Shown here: piece after piece, positions 1 to 10,420 of the stretch | Position numbering within the stretch: position 1 is the stretch's first letter | How the letters are laid out: the number at the start of each line of letters is the position of its first letter | Source: Planctomycetota bacterium | GTDB lineage: Bacteria > Planctomycetota > GCA-002687715 > CAIWVZ01 | NCBI GenBank assembly: GCA_044222185.1 | Contig: JBGANV010000002.1 | Span: 192,001-256,000, forward strand | Direction: 5' to 3' | Length of the DNA: 64,000 nt | Translations under genes and position numbers: made by a program | The notes under the pieces: generated by a model | What the model saw: the letters and a program-made list of their open reading frames with translations, nothing else | Databases searched by the model: none | What the model was told of the DNA's origin: nothing

Positions 1-1076
1 TCCTCGACGGCGCGCTTCATGGCATCGCGGTGCTCGGCCAACCCGAGATCGGAGATCAGGTTCACGACCTCCGTCCATGGGCACGGACCGTCCTCGCCCA
101 ACACGGGAAGCAGTGTTCCGATGAAGCGGGAGAAGTCGGCTCGTTCGATCTTGCCCTGATGGGCGAGAACTCCGAGAGCGCGAACCGCAACCGTGCGCAC
201 GCAACTGACGATCGGGCCGTCCGTGGCCAGAGCGACCCGCTTCAGGGGCTCGGGATCGCCGTCGAACATGGAGGCGAGGGCGGCAGGCACCATGCGATGG
301 AGCCCATCACCGTGAAACAAGAATTCGACCTGGCTGCCAGCTCGCACGAGTGCGTTGAGAGTCGGAACGAGCCCGCGCGGCTCGCGGAAGTACCCCAAGA
401 GCAGGATCGCGAACGCGTGACCGTAGTGGCCGGGATCCAGCGCGATGCGCAGCGGGTCTGCGGCCAGGCTCTCCAGACTCGCGAGCAACAGGGGGACGAA
501 CTCGTCCTTCATCTGAGAGGCGCGAACGAACGCTTCGAGCGGATAGGACAGCCCCGGCTGAGCGAGCTCCGACCAGACGAACTTCACACCTGCGGCATCG
601 AGCGGCGCATCGTCGTCGAGCTCGTCCTCGACATCGAGGGATGCATCGTCTTCCAAGGCACCATCGTCGTCCGTTGCGAGCACCCCCTCCACGGCGTCGT
701 CGGCCACCGGGAGGACGGAGCTCATCTCGACGAGTTCATCACCCGGCGGTCCGGACACTTGGATCCACGTGACGAGGCGGAAATCGTCCCCCCACCGCTC
801 GCGCTTGCGCTCGAAGAACTCTTCGACGGCGTCCGGCGTCGCAAGAATCCCGCGGTCGCATTCGGACTCCGCAAGGGCGTCGAGCAGGAGATCACCATCG
901 CCGTCCTCCACCGACTCCAGGTCGACTCGAACGACGGCGTTCCAAAGACGCGCCGCGAACGTGAGAATTCGCAGCAATTCGTCCGCGCTGGCGCCGTGCT
1001 TCGGCAGCATGGGCTTGGCGAAGAGCATCAGAGTCTTGGAGAGCTTCGGCTTCGATTCTCGGGGAGTCCTGGCCAT
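1..1076 (-). CDS. DUF1186-like protein, 3' end runs off the window
   Basis: Own translation from ATG 1076 (MARTPRESKPKL...) stays open to the window edge. Acidic linker, then HAFAILLLGYFREPRG...LASMFDGDPEPLK...VRALGVLAHQGKIER, resembling DUF1186. Confidence 0.55.
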   Translation of the reverse strand, partial: MARTPRESKPKLSKTLMLFAKPMLPKHGASADELLRILTFAARLWNAVVRVDLESVEDGDGDLLLDALAESECDRGILATPDAVEEFFERKRERWGDDFRLVTWIQVSGPPGDELVEMSSVLPVADDAVEGVLATDDDGALEDDASLDVEDELDDDAPLDAAGVKFVWSELAQPGLSYPLEAFVRASQMKDEFVPLLLASLESLAADPLRIALDPGHYGHAFAILLLGYFREPRGLVPTLNALVRAGSQVEFLFHGDGLHRMVPAALASMFDGDPEPLKRVALATDGPIVSCVRTVAVRALGVLAHQGKIERADFSRFIGTLLPVLGEDGPCPWTEVVNLISDLGLAEHRDAMKRAVE

Positions 1077-1109
1077 GACCTTCGCCTCTGACGGTGATTC
1101 GACCTCGTG

Positions 1110-2444
1110 TCACTTCCGCGGCAAGAGATCCATCACGGCCGCCGACATCGCGCGCACACCCGTCGTGAGCGACGGTGCGGGATCGGGCGCATAACGCGAG
1201 GAGTGCACCGACGGCAGCGGCGCGGCTCCGGGCAGCTTCGACGCGGCGACCTTCTCCGGCGGCACCGTGCCGAGGCGGAACATGCACGCCTTCGTCTCCT
1301 TCCGGACGAGGCCGTAGCGGGCGAAGTCTTCGGCGCCCATCTCCGGTGCGCGTTCGACGACGGCCGCGGCTCCAAGCTCCCGTTCGAGTGAGGCAGCGAC
1401 TTTCGCGGTCAACCCCGGCTCGTTGATCATCGCGGGCGTGTGCTCCGATTCGTCGGCCGTGACGACGGGCAGACGATCTTCCGGCATGCCGGCCGCGCGG
1501 GCCTCCCCCTCCGCGATGCGGCGAATCGCGGCGAGGATCTTCTCGCGCACGGACTCGGCGTAGCAGCGCACGGTGACCTGCAACTTCACCTCGTCCGGGA
1601 TGATGTTGTGCTTCGTTCCGCCGTGGATCGAACCGACGGTGACGACGGCGGGATCGAGGGGTCGCATCTCTCGACTGACGATCGTCTGGAACGCGAGCAC
1701 GGTCTGGCACGCGAGCACGACCGGATCCTTCGTGTTGTGCGGGTAGGCCCCGTGTCCACCGACGCCGCGGATCAACACGTCGACGGCATCCACGCTCGCG
1801 AGCGCCGGGCCGGCGGTCCAGCCCACCTTGCCGGCCTCGAGTTGTGCATCGACGTGCAACGCCAGCGCGTAATCCGGCGTGGGCCAGCGCTCGAACAGTC
1901 CGTCCTTCAGCATGGCGCGGGCGCCGGCCGAGCGCTCCTCCGCCGGCTGCGCGATCATCACGACCGTGCCACGCCACTGGTCCTTCAGCGCTTCGAGCAC
2001 GCGCGCCGTCCCCACCCACACGCTCATGTGCATGTCGTGTCCGCACGCGTGCATCACACCGCACTCCTGGCCTGCCGCGTTGTGACCTCGCACCTTGCTC
2101 GCATAGTCGAGGCCTGTGGCTTCCTCGATCGGAAGCGCGTCCATGTCCGTTCGCACGAGCACGGTCGGGCCCTCCCCGTTCTTCATCACGGCGACGACGC
2201 CGTGGCCGCCGACGCCGCTCGTCACCTCGAAGTGGCGGGCCTTCATCTCCTCCGCCATGCGGATCGACGTCTTCGCCTCTTCGTTGCTCAGTTCGGGGTT
2301 GGCGTGCAGGTGCTTGTACAGCTCGAGGAGCGACGGCAGCTCGCGCTCGATGACTCCGCCGATCCCCGCGCGGGGCGGAGTCGCGGAATCCTGGGCGGAG
2401 AGGGACGCGCAGATGGCGAACGCGACGACGACGATCCGGCGCAT
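1110..2444 (-). CDS. M20D-family amidohydrolase with signal peptide
   Basis: Motifs HANPELSNEE, RTDMDALP, MHACGHDMH, QPAEE, GGHGAYPH, MGAEDF. Start MRRIVVVAFA... at 2444. Confidence 0.9.
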   Translation of the reverse strand: MRRIVVVAFAICASLSAQDSATPPRAGIGGVIERELPSLLELYKHLHANPELSNEEAKTSIRMAEEMKARHFEVTSGVGGHGVVAVMKNGEGPTVLVRTDMDALPIEEATGLDYASKVRGHNAAGQECGVMHACGHDMHMSVWVGTARVLEALKDQWRGTVVMIAQPAEERSAGARAMLKDGLFERWPTPDYALALHVDAQLEAGKVGWTAGPALASVDAVDVLIRGVGGHGAYPHNTKDPVVLACQTVLAFQTIVSREMRPLDPAVVTVGSIHGGTKHNIIPDEVKLQVTVRCYAESVREKILAAIRRIAEGEARAAGMPEDRLPVVTADESEHTPAMINEPGLTAKVAASLERELGAAAVVERAPEMGAEDFARYGLVRKETKACMFRLGTVPPEKVAASKLPGAAPLPSVHSSRYAPDPAPSLTTGVRAMSAAVMDLLPRK

Positions 2445-2524
2445 GATGGCGGCTCCAATGAACGGTTGGGAGCGCCCATCGTACGCGCGCCAGCCCTCGT
2501 TGCGGGAGGCGCGTCCGCCGATCG

Positions 2525-3505
2525 TCACTCCGGTTTGTTCTGCACGAACACCGTCCCGAAGCGACCCTTGATGCAGAGGTTGCCCTGCGTCACTCCCGAG
2601 TCGGCGGGCGACGTCACCTTCACGATGCGATCGTCCTGCACGTGGAGCTCGAGCGCGCAGCCGACGCCGCAATAGGGGCAAACGGTTTCGGTCACCGACT
2701 GCCGCGCGGGATCCCAACGGCCATCGCGACGCAGGTCGAACTCCGCCTTCCCCTGGAGCGCGCCCGTGGGGCACACGGCCACGCAGTTGCCGCAATAGAC
2801 GCAGGCCGACTCTGGAAGCGGCAGCGCCCACTCCGTCGAGATGCGCGCGTCGAACCCGCGCCCCGCTACCGCGATGGCGAAGGTGTTCTGGGCGTCGGTG
2901 CCGCAGGCCTCGACGCATTTGAAGCACAGGACGCACTTGGAGTAGTCGCGCACGTAGAGGTCGTTGTCGACCTTCACGGGCTGGGCGACGGTCTCGGCGG
3001 CCATTCCATCGGGCGCGTGATGATGTCCGGCGCAGCGCCCATCGCGCGCACCGGCGGGCGAAGGCGCCGCGGGCGGACCGAACCGCGACGGATCGGCCCC
3101 GTAGCGGGCGACGAGCGGCGCGAGCGCCGGCGCTTGCGAGAGATCCACGGACGATCCCAGCAACTCGAGTACGAGCCGTCGGCTCGTCCGCACGCGCTCC
3201 GAGTCGGTGAGGATCTTCATCCCCGCCTCGACCTTGCGCGAGCACGACGGCACGAGCGTCCGGCTGCCCGCCAGCTCGACGACGCAGATGCGACACACGT
3301 TCACCGGCGTCAGGTTCTCGGCGAAGCAGAGCGTGGGCGTGTCGATCCCGAGCGCGCGACAACCGTCGAGGATCGTCGAACCCTCGGGAACGGCCACGTC
3401 CTTGCCGTCGATCGTCACGGTGATGGCAGCGCGCTTCGGGGCCTCGGGCGCCGTGGGCGGATGCGATGGCGGCGGCGCGGGCTCGAACCAGATGGGATGA
3501 CTCAT
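2525..3505 (-). CDS. Fe-S subunit of formate dehydrogenase (2Fe-2S + 4Fe-4S dicluster + C-terminal Molybdop_Fe4S4 domain)
   Basis: PTLC...CRICVVE...C, CVLCFKCVEAC, CVYCGNCVAVCP, and terminal CPYCGVGC...LCIKGRFG. ATG 3505 overlaps the upstream stop. Confidence 0.88.
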   Translation of the reverse strand: MSHPIWFEPAPPPSHPPTAPEAPKRAAITVTIDGKDVAVPEGSTILDGCRALGIDTPTLCFAENLTPVNVCRICVVELAGSRTLVPSCSRKVEAGMKILTDSERVRTSRRLVLELLGSSVDLSQAPALAPLVARYGADPSRFGPPAAPSPAGARDGRCAGHHHAPDGMAAETVAQPVKVDNDLYVRDYSKCVLCFKCVEACGTDAQNTFAIAVAGRGFDARISTEWALPLPESACVYCGNCVAVCPTGALQGKAEFDLRRDGRWDPARQSVTETVCPYCGVGCALELHVQDDRIVKVTSPADSGVTQGNLCIKGRFGTVFVQNKPE

Positions 3506-5337
3506 CGCGCGGCTCCCTTCGCCAGCAACGCCAGTCCGGACTCGACTGCAACCGACGCCGTGTGACCGAGACCGCAGATGGATGCGTCCTTCATGACTTT
3601 CGACAGATCGGCGAGGAGCGCGCGATCGCTGATCTTGGGCGCGGGCGCGGCGCCCGGCGCAAGCCGCGCGAGCGCCTCCTCCTGCCGCACGGTGCCGACG
3701 CGGCACGGCACGCACTGTCCGCAGGATTCATCGCGGAAGAACTGCGCCACGCGGCGGATCAACGTCAGGAGATCGGCGCGGTCGTCGATCACCATCACGG
3801 CGCCCGAGCCCAGTGATGCGCCAAGCGGTCGCAGGCTCTCGGCCGTCAGCGGAACGTCGAGGATCTCGGCGCCAACGAACGTTCCCGCGGCACCGCCGAG
3901 CAGCACCGCCTGGAGCGTCCGTCCATCGGAGATTCCGCCCGCGAGGTCGATGAGCGTTCGCAGCGTCGTCCCCATCTCCATTTCGTAGAGGCCCGGGCGC
4001 GCCACGTTGCCGGAGACGCAGAAGAGCTTCGTCCCCGTGGAGGTCTTCGTGCCGTGGGCGGCGAACGCGGCGCCACCCTCCACGAGGATCAGGGGGACGT
4101 TCGCGAGCGTCTCCACGTTGTTGACGACGGTGGGCTTGCCGAACAACCCCACGTCCGTCGGGTACGGCGGTTTGCTGCGCGGCTCACCGCGCTTGCCCTC
4201 GATCGAGTTGAACAGCGCCGTCTCCTCGCCGCAGATGTAGGCGCCCGCTCCGCGGCGGATCTCCACGTCGAACGCGATCCCGCTGCCCAGGACGTTCGTC
4301 CCGAGCCAGCCGGCGGCGCGCGCCGCGGCGATGGCGGCGTTCAGCCGCGACAGCGCCAGCGGGTACTCACCACGAATGTAGAGCCAGCCCTTCTCGCAGC
4401 CGGTCGCGATTGCCGCGATCGCCATGCCTTCGAGAACGGCGAAGGGATCCCACTCCATGAGGACGCGGTCTTTGAACGTGCCCGTCTCCGACTCATCCGC
4501 GTTGCAGACGAGGTGGTGCGGCCGCGCAGGCGCCGCGGCGACCGCCGCCCACTTGCGGCCCGTGGGGAACGCCGCGCCACCGCGGCCGGCGAGTCCCGAG
4601 GCCGTCACTTCCCCGATCACCGCCTGCGGGCCGATGGCGAGCGCGCGACGAAGTCCCGCCAGGCCGCCGGCCTCGACCCACGCCGCGTGATCGGTGGGAT
4701 TCACGACGCCGACACGACGCAACAGTCGAAGCTCCTTCGCGCCAGCCTGAGGAACGGAGGCCTTCACGGCCGCGAGCCCGGGCGCCGCGGGCATGCGTCC
4801 GGCGACGGCCGCCGCAATCTGATCGGCGTTCGCTGCGCCGAGCGTCGCCGCCGAGCAAGGAGTCCCCGCGCGGATCACCAACGCGGCCGGTGCCATCTCG
4901 CAATGCCCGAGGCACGGCGAGCGATGCCACGCGGCGGTCGCGCCCGCTCGCGGATGACCGTCCTCGCCGAAGTGTTTCGTCATCTGCGCGCAGACGTCCT
5001 CGGCGCCGCGCAGGCGGCAGACGACGTCATCGCAGACGTGCGCGGTGACCGGCGGCGCGGGCGACGTCGCGAGCAACGTGTAGAACGTCGCCACGCCGTA
5101 GGCTTCGGCGGGCGGCACGGTCAGCCGCCTGCAGGCGTATTCCATCGCGCCCTGGGAGATCCAGCCGATGCGGTCCTGGATCGCGTGCAGCACGGGCAGC
5201 AACCGGTGACGCTGCGCGCGCGCATCGTGACCCGAGGACTCGCTGCGCGCGTGCTCGATCGTCTCGCGACCGAGCACCGAGTCGACCGCGGCGCGCTCCT
5301 CCCCCGTCGGTTCCGCTCCAGTGAGATGAAGATCCAA
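3502..5337 (-). CDS. NuoE-NuoF-like fused diaphorase subunit (NAD-linked FDH beta/gamma)
   Basis: NuoE-like CDDVVC...CLGHC, NuoF motifs GRGGAAFPTG, NADESE, GAGAYICGEETAL, ESCGQCVPCRVG. TTG start abuts the fdh alpha stop. Confidence 0.9.
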   Translation of the reverse strand: MDLHLTGAEPTGEERAAVDSVLGRETIEHARSESSGHDARAQRHRLLPVLHAIQDRIGWISQGAMEYACRRLTVPPAEAYGVATFYTLLATSPAPPVTAHVCDDVVCRLRGAEDVCAQMTKHFGEDGHPRAGATAAWHRSPCLGHCEMAPAALVIRAGTPCSAATLGAANADQIAAAVAGRMPAAPGLAAVKASVPQAGAKELRLLRRVGVVNPTDHAAWVEAGGLAGLRRALAIGPQAVIGEVTASGLAGRGGAAFPTGRKWAAVAAAPARPHHLVCNADESETGTFKDRVLMEWDPFAVLEGMAIAAIATGCEKGWLYIRGEYPLALSRLNAAIAAARAAGWLGTNVLGSGIAFDVEIRRGAGAYICGEETALFNSIEGKRGEPRSKPPYPTDVGLFGKPTVVNNVETLANVPLILVEGGAAFAAHGTKTSTGTKLFCVSGNVARPGLYEMEMGTTLRTLIDLAGGISDGRTLQAVLLGGAAGTFVGAEILDVPLTAESLRPLGASLGSGAVMVIDDRADLLTLIRRVAQFFRDESCGQCVPCRVGTVRQEEALARLAPGAAPAPKISDRALLADLSKVMKDASICGLGHTASVAVESGLALLAKGAAR

Positions 5338-7257
5338 TCAGCGCTCCAGCTTCTCGATGCACACGGCGGCAGCTTTGAATTCAGCGGTGCCCGACTTGGG
5401 ACACGTCGCGTCGATCGTCAGCAGATTCGTCGCCACTTCGTCGGGGAAATGCGGCGTCATGAACGTCAGTCCGGGTCGCAGGGACGCGTCGATGCGCACG
5501 GGCGCGGCGACGCTGCCGCGACGCGAACGAACGCGCACCATCTCGCCGTCGACGACGCCGAGCCTCGCCGCGTCCTCGGCGCACAAATCGACGGTTTCGC
5601 CGCGACGCAGCGGCGATGCGTAGCCAGCGGTCTGCACGCCCGTGTTGTAGTCGTCGAGGCGACGCCCCGTCGTGAGGCGGAACGGGAACTCGGCGTCGAC
5701 GGCCTCGACGGGCACGTGATGCACGACGACGGTGAACGGCGCGCGCGGTCCGCGGACCGGGGTCTCCCACAGGCGGCTGTGCAGGAACAACTCGCCGGGG
5801 TGATCCTCGCTGAAGCACGGCCATTGGAGACCGCGCTCGGATTCGAGCCGCTGATAGCTCATGCCGGCGTGCACCGGGCTCACGGCGCGCAGCTCGTTCC
5901 AGATGCGCTCGGCGTCCGGCGGACCGAAGTCGCGACCGAGTCGACGCGCCAGCTCATGCAGGATCCAGATGTCGTCCTTCGCTTCGCCGGGCGGCGGCAG
6001 CGCGCGGCGCACGCGCTGCACGCGGCGTTCGCTGTTCGTCACCGTGCCGTCGGTCTCGCACCAGCCGGCGGCGGCGGGCAGGACGACGTCGGCCATCTCC
6101 GCCGTCTTCGTGAGGAACATGTCCTGCACGACGAGGTGATCGAGGGATTCGAGGAGATGGCCCGCGTGGGTCTGGTCCGCTTCCGACTGGGCGGGGTTCT
6201 CGCCGATGACGAAGAGCGCGCGCAGCTCGCCGCGCTTCATGGCCTCGAACATGCCCGTGAGGTGCCAGCCGCGCTGCGGCGGGATCTTCGCGCCCCACTT
6301 CGCTTCGAACTTCTCGCGAAGCGGAGCGTTCTCGACGTGTTGGAAACCGGGAAGTCGGTCGGGCAACGCGCCCATGTCGCCGCCGCCCTGGACGTTGTTC
6401 TGGCCGCGCAGCGGATTGAGGCCCGAGCCGTAGCGACCCACGTGTCCGGTCAACAGCGCGAGGTTGATGAGCGAGAGGACGTTGTCGACGGCGTTGTGGT
6501 GCTCGGTGATGCCGAGCGTCCAGCAGATCATGGCGCGGGGCGCCTTCGCGAATGCGTGAGCCGCTTCGCGGATCGCGGCCGCGGGCACGCCCGTCTCCGC
6601 TTCGGCCCATTCCAGCGTGCATGATTCGACCGATGCGTACCACGCGTCGAATCCGTCGGTCGCGCGGGCGATGAACTCGCGGTTCGCCAGGCCCGCCGCC
6701 ACGATCTCACGGCCCATGGCGTTGGCCATGGCGATGTCCGAGCCGACGTTCAGGCCGAGCCAGCGGTCGGCCCACTGCGCCGACGACGTGCGACGCGGAT
6801 CGAATGCGAACATCCGCGCGCCGTTGTGGATCCCCTTCAGCAGATGGTGGAAGAAGATGGGGTGTGTCTCTCGGGCGTTGGATCCCCACAAGAGGATCAC
6901 GTCCGTCTCCTCGATCTCGCGATAGCTCGACGTGCCGCCACCTGCACCAAAGACTGTCGCCAGACCGGCGACGCTCGGTGCGTGTCAAGTTCGATTGCAG
7001 CTGTCGATGTTGTTGGACCCGAACGCGAGGCGCACGAGCTTCTGCGCCGTGTAGTTCATCTCGTTCGTGCCCTTGGAGCACGAGAAGATGCCCGTGGCGC
7101 GTCCACCGCCCTGCGCGATCGCCTTCTTGAATCCCGCCGCGGCGCGGTCCAGGGCCTCATCCCACGTCGCCTTGCGCAGCGGCGCCGAGCGGCCGTCGCG
7201 AACGAGTGGATGAAGGAGTCGGACGTACGGCCTCTGAGTCCGTTTTGATCCAGTCAT
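5338..7257 (-). CDS. fdhA: Selenocysteine-containing formate dehydrogenase catalytic (Mo/W-bisPGD) subunit, lacking the N-terminal Fe-S domain
   Basis: ORFs 6985..7257 and 5338..6900 are in one frame across TGA 6985-6987, reading NNIDSCNRT-U-HAPSVAGL (FdhF active site CARVUH). Also LRGQNNVQG and the C-terminal molybdopterin-binding domain. Confidence 0.88.
6956..6987 (-). promoter_or_regulatory. Sec UGA codon plus bacterial SECIS hairpin
   Basis: TGA CACGCACCGAGC GTCGCC-GGTCT-GGCGAC: a stem-loop 12 nt after UGA with a GGUCU loop region, like the E. coli fdhF SECIS. Confidence 0.75.
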
Positions 7258-7489
7258 GGCAGCGCCCACGCTCGACGAAACGCGGCGAAAAGTCAACCCT
7301 GAGGGGGTGGGGCTCCACGCGATCTGGGCGCAGTCGTGCTGCGCAATTCGGATCGGCGCACGGTCGAACGAACGTTCTGCTGCCGACGGCGTGTCCGCCC
7401 GCCAGCTCCGCCGGCGAAAAACCGCGAGACTCCTTCGGCCTCCCAGTATCCTGTCGCCCACCAAACCGCGTTCGCCGGGAAGGAACTGG

Positions 7490-10414
7490 ATGCGAGAGCC
7501 TTACAGAGTCCTCGTCTCATCGACGTACATGGACAACGCTCAGCGGCGGGAGTGGGTCCGCCAGGCCATCGAAGCGGCGGGCATGCTGCCCATCGGGATG
7601 GAGCGATTCACGGCCGAGGGCGACCCGGTCGTCGAGACGTGCATCCGCAAGGCGAAGGAGGCGGACCTCGTCGTCGTCATCCTCGCGTGGCGGTACGGGT
7701 GGATTCCCCCGGGACACGAGAAGTCGATCACGGAACTCGAGATCGATGCGGCGGGTGACGTGCGGGCGTTCGTGCTGAACCCGACGGCTCCATTCCATCT
7801 GAGCGACCAGGACGAAGAAGAGGGCCGCGGCGCCAAGCAGGACAAGCTCACGGCGTTGAAGAAGCGCCTGACGAAGAGGACCACGCCTTGCACGTTCGAC
7901 GAGCCGCTCCTCGCCATGCGCGTGCTCGAGTGCTTGAACAATTGGCGACAAGAGAAGGAAGGCCCAGCCCCAGCGGGTGGCGTCACCATCACCACGCCTG
8001 CCCAGGTCGACAAAGCGGCGCTCGCCGCCTACCTCGCTGAAGCCGGGCGTCGCTCGGAGACCGTTCCGCTCATGGGATTCGGCGCCAAGCTCCGCGTCAA
8101 GGTCCGGCTCGATGAGCTGTACGTCCCGCTCACGGCAGTCCCCGACCTTCGCGTGACGGGCGATGGGTTCGGTGACGGCAAGCACGCCAAGTCGAAGATC
8201 GGTCACGCCGACCCCGACATGGACACCCGCCGGCAGATCCGGTTGCTCGACGCGTTCTGGCAGGCCGAGCGCAACGGCAAGCGACGCGGCGTCGTCATCC
8301 TCGGCGATCCCGGATCAGGCAAGACGACGCACCTGCAGCGCCTGCTCCTCCAGATCGTCCAGAAAGGGCCCGGGTCGCTTCAGCTTCCGGCCGACACCAT
8401 CCCGCTGCTGCTTCCGTTCCGTGACGTGGCGTCCGGCGCCGAGAGTTTTCGCGATGCGCTCGTTCCCACACTCGCCAAGTCCTATCCAGGGCAGCCGCCC
8501 GGGTTCTTCGATGCCGTGCTGCGCACGAGTCACCCGCTCTTCCTCCTCGACGGCTTCGACGAAGTCCCCGAGTCCGATCGAGAGAAGGTTGCCGGTTGGG
8601 TCGACTCGGCACTCGACACGTGGAAGGGCGCCCGCATCGTCATGACGTCGCGGTACGCCGGCTACACGAAGAACGTGCGCCTCGGTGCCGACTTCCTCGA
8701 ACTACACCTCTACGCGTTCAGCAGCCCCCAGGCTGACGACTTCATCCGCCGGTGGTGGACGCTCGTGGAGAACGCCGAGCATGCTGATGACCCGGAGCTG
8801 GCTCAGAAGAATGCCGACGCCGGCGCCCTCCGGCTCATCGAACGCCTACGGACACCCGAGCGAGGGTCGGAGCGCGTGCGCGAGCTCGCGACGAATCCGC
8901 TGCTTCTCTCGCTCGTTTGCCTCGTCCACCGCGACCGCGGCGAGCTGCCGAAACATCGCGCCGAGTTGTACGAGTGGTGCACGACGATCCTGCTCGAGCA
9001 CTGGCGAAAGGTGAACCGCCTTCCCGTCACGCTCGGTGCCGAGAAGGCTCGCGAGGTGCTTCAGCCGCTGGCGGCGTACCTCCACGCCGAATCGGGTCGG
9101 ACGCGCGCGTTGGCGACGTCGATCACGCCCATCCTCGAGCCGGAGCTGCGACGCATCCGCTACGACCGCGACGCCGCTGCGTTCCTCCGCACGATCCAAC
9201 ATGAGAGTGGACTTCTGACCGGCTGGGGTGACGGCTCGTTCGGGTTCCTTCACCTGGCCTTCCAGGAGTACCTGACCGCCGGCCACATTCGCGCCAAGGG
9301 CCTGGCCGATCCGACCCACTTCCGCGAGCTCGCCGCCAAGCTCGGTGACAGTTGGTGGGAGGAGGTCATGCGGCTCATGGTGGCGCTGGGCAACCCCTGC
9401 GCGTTCGACCAGTTCATGCCGGCGTTGCTCGCTCAGGACGGCATTGGCGATCGTCAAGTGTTGATCGAGGAACTCCTCAACGAGGCGGCCTCCGTCTCAG
9501 CCGCGCCATTCGTGAACGTGATCGATGCGCCGCCGGGGAAGCAACAGCAGCGCTGGAGTCAGCAGCTCGTGGCGATCACGGCCCTGCGCGCGATCGATCC
9601 GGCTGCCATCGAGAAGCGGCATGCCTCGCTGGCGAAGCACCCCGATCCGCGAATCAAAGCCCTCTTCGCCACCGCGGCGCCGGCCGCGAACGACCGCGTC
9701 GAGATCGCGAAGCCGGGGCTCGTGGCCGTGCGCATCCCGGCGGGCACGTTCGTGATGGGCTCGCCCAAGAATGAACCGGGCCGTGATGACGACGAGACTC
9801 AGCACGACGTCGAGCTGTCCGAATTCTGGATGTCGACGACCCAGGTCACGAATGCGGCGTTCGACCAGTTCCGCAAGACGCACCCTGAAATCCCCGAGCC
9901 TCCGTCCCGAAACGACACCCGCTTCAAGGATCCCCAGCAGCCAGTCGTCGGCGTCACGTGGGACGAAGCGCGCGCCTTCTGCCAGTGGATCGGCGGCGAC
10001 CTGCCCACCGAGTCACAGTGGGAATACGCGTGCCGCGCCGGAACGCAGACGCCGTGGTGGTCCGGGGAGGACGAATCCTCTCTCGACGCCGCCGCCTGGT
10101 ACGACAAGAACGCGAAGCGCGCACCACACCCGGTCGCTCAGAAGGCAGCGAACCCCTTCGGCCTCTTCGACGTCCACGGGAACGTCCGGGAGTGGTGTCT
10201 GGACTGGTTCGGTGCCTATCCGAAGAAACGAACGCCCAACCCGACCGGCCCGCGTGATGGCACCTCCCGCGTCCTCCGTGGCGGCAGCTGCTGGAATGAC
10301 GCGTCGGGGTGCCGCTCGGCGTTTCGCTTCCACTGGTGGCCCGGGAGCCGGTACGTCGTCTTCGGCTTCCGGGTCGCGTTCCCCGCCGCCCCCAGCTTGA
10401 AGTTCGATCATTGA
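7490..10414 (+). CDS. DUF4062 + NACHT NTPase + FGE-sulfatase (C-type lectin fold) protein; DGR target 1
   Basis: N-term VLVSSTYMD...GMERF...ADLVVVILAWRYG...SITELE (DUF4062). Walker A GDPGSGKTT, Walker B LFLLDGFDE, NPLLL, FLHLAFQEYL. C-term FVMGS, LPTESQWEYACRAG, NPFGLFDVHGNVREW, RVLRGGS...GFRVA. Confidence 0.88.
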   Translation: MREPYRVLVSSTYMDNAQRREWVRQAIEAAGMLPIGMERFTAEGDPVVETCIRKAKEADLVVVILAWRYGWIPPGHEKSITELEIDAAGDVRAFVLNPTAPFHLSDQDEEEGRGAKQDKLTALKKRLTKRTTPCTFDEPLLAMRVLECLNNWRQEKEGPAPAGGVTITTPAQVDKAALAAYLAEAGRRSETVPLMGFGAKLRVKVRLDELYVPLTAVPDLRVTGDGFGDGKHAKSKIGHADPDMDTRRQIRLLDAFWQAERNGKRRGVVILGDPGSGKTTHLQRLLLQIVQKGPGSLQLPADTIPLLLPFRDVASGAESFRDALVPTLAKSYPGQPPGFFDAVLRTSHPLFLLDGFDEVPESDREKVAGWVDSALDTWKGARIVMTSRYAGYTKNVRLGADFLELHLYAFSSPQADDFIRRWWTLVENAEHADDPELAQKNADAGALRLIERLRTPERGSERVRELATNPLLLSLVCLVHRDRGELPKHRAELYEWCTTILLEHWRKVNRLPVTLGAEKAREVLQPLAAYLHAESGRTRALATSITPILEPELRRIRYDRDAAAFLRTIQHESGLLTGWGDGSFGFLHLAFQEYLTAGHIRAKGLADPTHFRELAAKLGDSWWEEVMRLMVALGNPCAFDQFMPALLAQDGIGDRQVLIEELLNEAASVSAAPFVNVIDAPPGKQQQRWSQQLVAITALRAIDPAAIEKRHASLAKHPDPRIKALFATAAPAANDRVEIAKPGLVAVRIPAGTFVMGSPKNEPGRDDDETQHDVELSEFWMSTTQVTNAAFDQFRKTHPEIPEPPSRNDTRFKDPQQPVVGVTWDEARAFCQWIGGDLPTESQWEYACRAGTQTPWWSGEDESSLDAAAWYDKNAKRAPHPVAQKAANPFGLFDVHGNVREWCLDWFGAYPKKRTPNPTGPRDGTSRVLRGGSCWNDASGCRSAFRFHWWPGSRYVVFGFRVAFPAAPSLKFDH

Positions 10415-10420
10415 GATATG
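10259..10420 (+). repeat. DGR variable repeat VR1 (inverted copy at 12205-12366)
   Basis: 162-bp match to the reverse complement of 12205-12366 with 12 mismatches, at the 3' end of the lectin-fold domain. Confidence 0.88.

Noticed and set aside
4054-6624. Long antisense or alternative-frame ORFs (e.g. 4054..6624+, 22669..24972-, 55535..58141-, 57018..59900-, 30..1091+)
   Set aside because: Shadow ORFs of well-supported genes, expected in high-GC DNA, with no recognisable motifs.
7256-7489. N-terminal extension of target 1 from ATG 7256
   Set aside because: It overlaps the divergent fdh start and promoter region. The DUF4062 domain begins at ATG 7490, which has a purine-rich RBS.
7430-7490. 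Moco/Wco riboswitch near the fdh operon (GCCTCCC...GGAAGGA words)
   Set aside because: It is on the strand pointing away from fdh and the rest of the motif is not recognisable.
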